DNA of 63,993 nt, filler included, from Collodictyon triciliatum (taxonomy: Eukaryota), in NCBI GenBank assembly GCA_043381765.1. It is 6 parts of 6 records of this genome, joined end to end, with 100 filler letters (N's around TTAATTAATTAA, not from the genome) between each part and the next. Parts side by side here need not be neighbours in the genome. Positions count along the whole stretch, not along the records: positions 59,919 to 63,993 come from JBHJMP010002375.1; 5 more parts are not named here. One strand, written 5' to 3'. Of this stretch, positions 59,919 to 63,993 are shown piece after piece; position 1 is the stretch's first letter; each line of letters begins with the position of its first letter. The position numbers and the translations under genes were made by a program. Below the pieces are notes generated by a model. That model searched no databases. It was not told the origin of the DNA and was given only the letters and a program-made list of their open reading frames with translations.

Positions 59919-62900
59919 CCACCCACCCACCGAGTAGCGTCTATGCAAGGGAACTCCAGCGAACCAAAGCCAACATCCATCACCTCGCACAAATAGAAAG
60001 GTTTTTTTTTTCCCCCCCCCCCCCCCCCCCTCCTCACACACACTATTCTATAATGCGAGGCATTAAGTTTTTTTTTTTTTTTTGAAAATACAGAGTCTTC
60101 TGTATTGAGGAAGACTTACGTGTTCGAACAAAACGTTTCTTTCTTCGATATTCCCCTTTTTGAAGACAAATATCTACACATGTATTACAAAATAGAAAGT
60201 TAATTCAATTATCCATGAAGAGAGGATATTCTATAGGTTCTTTTTCTTATTCATTCACCAGGATTTGGTCTCACTCTACCTCATTAAGAAAATGAGAGGG
60301 AGAAAAAGAATCATACCTCTTGGTAAAAATCTAGGTTCTCTATGGATTGTTCGCGCATCAGATATTCCCTAAACTCACGCAAACCATCCCGCGACTGAAT
60401 CAAAGTGGCCAGAGAAGTAGACCACGACTCCACATCCTCGATGGCACATGGACCTTTGCTCCTCTCTTGACTGAGCAAGTTCGAATGTAAATAAATTCGT
60501 TGTTCAAAATATAACCAGGGATAAAGTGTGTGCTAGAATATAGAAAGAGGGTTAAAGTAAATGCAGAAGTGTGGTGATGATAAAAATAAAAAAAAAAAGA
60601 AGTAATTCGAGCGATTTGAAAGGAGAAGGGAAAAACAACAAAAATAGTAATTGCAAAAAATAATCATGGTTATCGTGTCTTAAAGAGTTGTTATCAAAAA
60701 GCTCTCCTTATCATCACCTGCTTTTTATTTCAGCAGGAACGGGCATCTGCTTGAGTACTGGTTGAGTTCGCTTTGAGAGCGATGACAGAGATACAGACAT
60801 TACAGACCTGAACATGAATAAATTAATTTTTTTCTCAACAGCATTAGATGAAAGATATATGAATTTTCCATGATTTTCATCAGTTTATACATGTTTTGTT
60901 TTACTCTTTTGAAAGGAAATATTTCATGCCTTTTTTTTTCTTTTAAAAAAATCAATAAATTGGTGGAGGTAATATTACATTCTTTGAGAATCGTATGATT
61001 CCATTTTTTGAATTCGAGGTGGTGGTTTAGGTGGTTGCGTCAGTTCTATCAGAATGAGAATATTTCAGAACAGTAATTTAAAAAAATCTGACTCTGAGTT
61101 CAATATATTAAGGAAAAAATTGTATTCTTGGCGACTTTTGGATCGAGCAGACTCCTGCTTTGACGGCCTCCTATTCAAAAAAAAAAAAAACTAAGATATG
61201 TGATAATTCTTTATCTAAAAAAATAATATTTAGCGAGAATAATCTGCAAGAAAAAGTGATTAAGAGAGAAAAAAACTTATATAGTAATTAAGTATTTCAA
61301 ACCAGTCTTTTCCGTGCATATTAACTCCAGCTTTGTAATATTTACTATCAAGGAATTTAGGGAAGAGCTCATCTCTGAAAATAGTCATGATCTAATGCAT
61401 TTAATCAAATATCGAATAAATTAGTTTGCTACTTTAAACATATACAGGCAGTGAGGTTTGTTGGCAAGTATAAAATCTCATATATAAGAAGCAATTTAGG
61501 AAAAGAAGGAAAAGAAGGAAAAGAAGGAAAAGAAGGAAAAGAAGGAAAAGAATGGAAAATGAATAGACTTCGCTCCTTGCAGGGGAGAAAAGCCAACGAA
61601 AATCGGGAGGAATCTCAGCCTTTGATATCGCTGCAATGTATTTTTGACTTGTTTGCTCTTTACAACTTTGAGAAAGTGGGATTGTATTTGCCGAGTCCCA
61701 AAGAATATATGTGTTCATAATCTTACCCGATAATATGATTGAAATAAAAAAAATTTAAAAAAGTATAAACATACAAGAGGGGTTGTGTATACGAGATTAA
61801 ATTTTGTGACAGGTTCTAAGGTCAGTTGTGTAAGGTATGAATCTTTACATGTTTTGCAGTTCTAAAGAAAACACTGTTTGCAACTTTCTCGTACTTCTGA
61901 ACCTGTATTGATTGAAGCGTTTCGTCTTTAGGGAGTTTTCTTTAAATCAAATAAAAGGATATTAAGACTTGAACTAGTTTTGGTCATGTGGCGAATATGA
62001 TGTAAGATAATAAGGGTTTATATCCTTGTTTATTCTCTAATGATAACTATCTTCACAATAAGTGTCTAATTTAATCTATTCTGGCAAACTTTTGACCTTT
62101 TGCATCACAACACATAGGAGACAATGGTATTGGAATATGGGAAATTATACTTCTTCAATAAAGTCAAGATAGGGTAGCTTTTGTTCTGATGAAAGAAAGA
62201 GCCGAAAGTAGTCAACCCCAGTCGGACATTCAAGCAGCTGTTCAAGAGATATGGACCATTGGCTGACAGAAGGAGCACGCATCAAAACTATGACACGAGT
62301 CATAATAAAATGAATATGTATATACGATTTTTTATATGTAAAATGGGTGGTACTTTTCAAAGTTCTACGTTATCCAGGGCAAGTAAATAATTGTTTGTTG
62401 TTTTTAAAAAAAATAATTAAAATTTGGAAAAAAAAGGACTCAAAAAAAAAGTCAAAATAGAACAAATATAAAAGCTAAGGCTATGAAATGCATGAGTGCC
62501 TGAGGTTGGGTCTTCGTGCAGTATGTTTCTCTCTCGCAACACAGAAGGAGATGGGCGGTGGGTCAACCAACTAAAGTCATCAAAAAAAGTAATAAGATAA
62601 ATAGATAATGGATATGAATTCGATTAAGAACGATATAAATGTCAATGAGGCGAAAATATTCATTAGTACCTGGACAGCTTCTCTTTCTTAACTTGTAGCG
62701 GCAAATCAGAAGCTTCAAGTAATTGGGAATCACCCAAGAAAGATGCAAACAGGTTTGTCTGACCAAATTTGTGTGAATATATCACCCACAGAAAAAAGAA
62801 ACTTTATTAAAGGAAGAGAAATTAATTTATATGAAAGCATGATACTTTTTTCTTCCTGGGTGTGCTAACAGGTGAATCATGTCCACTTGTATCCCTTCGT

Positions 62901-63489
62901 AATTTAATTTACACATAGAAATAATAATTAGTATGTGCATTTCTTTATACTTGAAGTGAGTAATAGTGGGCTTCATTATGACCGGTAGGTATAGAACGAA
63001 AGGCAAACGGTGTGAAGGCATGCATGCATGGCATCAATTTCTGCAATGAGTGCATATATTGGATCGATATAATTGCGATCATAAATAAATATGATGAATT
63101 CATACGCAGTCACGTTCGATAAAGAACCATCACGATTTGAACCACGGAAGCGGTCTTGCTATATCCATGACATAGAATCAGTTGAATTGTGTATAAATGC
63201 GTGTTTAGAAACCCCCGTGAATACACAGTAAGATTTATTCAAGGGCAAAGAAACTTGAGGGGCTAAAAGTATTTACTTTATGTTTTTTTTTCCTTATATG
63301 TTTTTCTTTTGAGTTATATTTTATTTACGCTCATCTATCGATTTTAACTTGATGTATGTGATATAGTTAAGCATATAAGGGTGGCGGTTCTCTTTCGGGT
63401 GCAAATGCTGAATAAATAAACAAATGATTATATGATTTCACAACCTGACCCGATCCGCGCGGTGAGTGAAGCAGGCTTGAGAGACTCAT
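59919..63489 (-). CDS. Protein with an RPEL-like motif and at least two RGS domains (3' end truncated; 5' end may extend further)
   Basis: MSLSSLLHSPRG... then KKEKLSSWLTHRPSPSVLRERNIL (RPEL-like). RGS1: WSISLEQLLECPTGVDYFRLFLSSEQKLPYLDFIEEVQKYE...IMNTYI...IFRDELFPKFLDSKYY. RGS2: WSTSLATLIQSRDGLREFREYLMREQSIENLDFYQE. Confidence 0.8.
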
Positions 63490-63993
63490 TTTTGCCTTTC
63501 CGGCACAGAGGTTTGATAAGATGAGTGCCCTGTCAAACTTCCTACTTTTTTATAAATATTATTTTATTTTATTTTATTATTTTCTTTAATTATACTCTTG
63601 TGTTATACTTCCTTCTCTTAAGTTTGCCACAAAACCAGCTTCTATGGCGTTCTCAAAGGCCTTTTTGTGGAGCCCACGATCGTTCGGATAGCATAAGTAA
63701 GCCGAAAGAGTCTATTGCGTAGAAACCGAGTGATCGGCTGATGTTGGAAAAAAAATAATCACCAGGAACGGCGGAGATTTCCTTGAAGAATGCGTTTGCC
63801 CGTGCGAGTGCGCGGCAATCGATGTGAAATTTCTCTACGTAAGGTTCCTTTTTTTTTTTTTTTCTCTCGTTCATTATTGTTGTATCTTCTCCTTTCATTT
63901 GTTCTTTTATTCTTTTTTTTTTTTTCTTCCTCCTTCAGACCCGCCTCTTTCGTTTTTCGCAGCCATCCTTCCAGCGTGCGTGCTTGTAGAGGG

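Overview
Eukaryotic nuclear DNA from an intron-rich, microsatellite-rich, flagellated and mitochondriate organism, probably a protist (axonemal dynein IC2 is present; the standard genetic code fits every exon I reconstructed). The window is not one locus. It is six unrelated scaffolds, five of about 11.9 kb plus the start of a sixth, joined by artificial 100-nt spacers (44 N + TTAATTAATTAA + 44 N), so gene neighbourhood only holds within each block. Recognisable genes are MCM6, a USP10/Ubp3-like deubiquitinase, mitochondrial TyrRS, a TALE homeobox gene, the first exon of DNAI2, an LRR protein, a mitochondrial PPR protein, two large coiled-coil proteins and an RPEL-like plus tandem-RGS protein. 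The best candidate for a new system is a canonical LOV blue-light sensor (GHNCRFLQ) apparently fused to the N-terminus of a complete ABCG half-transporter (30419-33827); the junction lies in a 365-N gap and needs confirmation. Second is a family of five tiny (21-33 nt) intronic insertions with core AATCGAATAA(A)GG and an A-tail, each flanked by 11-16 bp direct repeats. Gene models were built by eye from GT-AG boundaries and frame continuity; no database searches were run.
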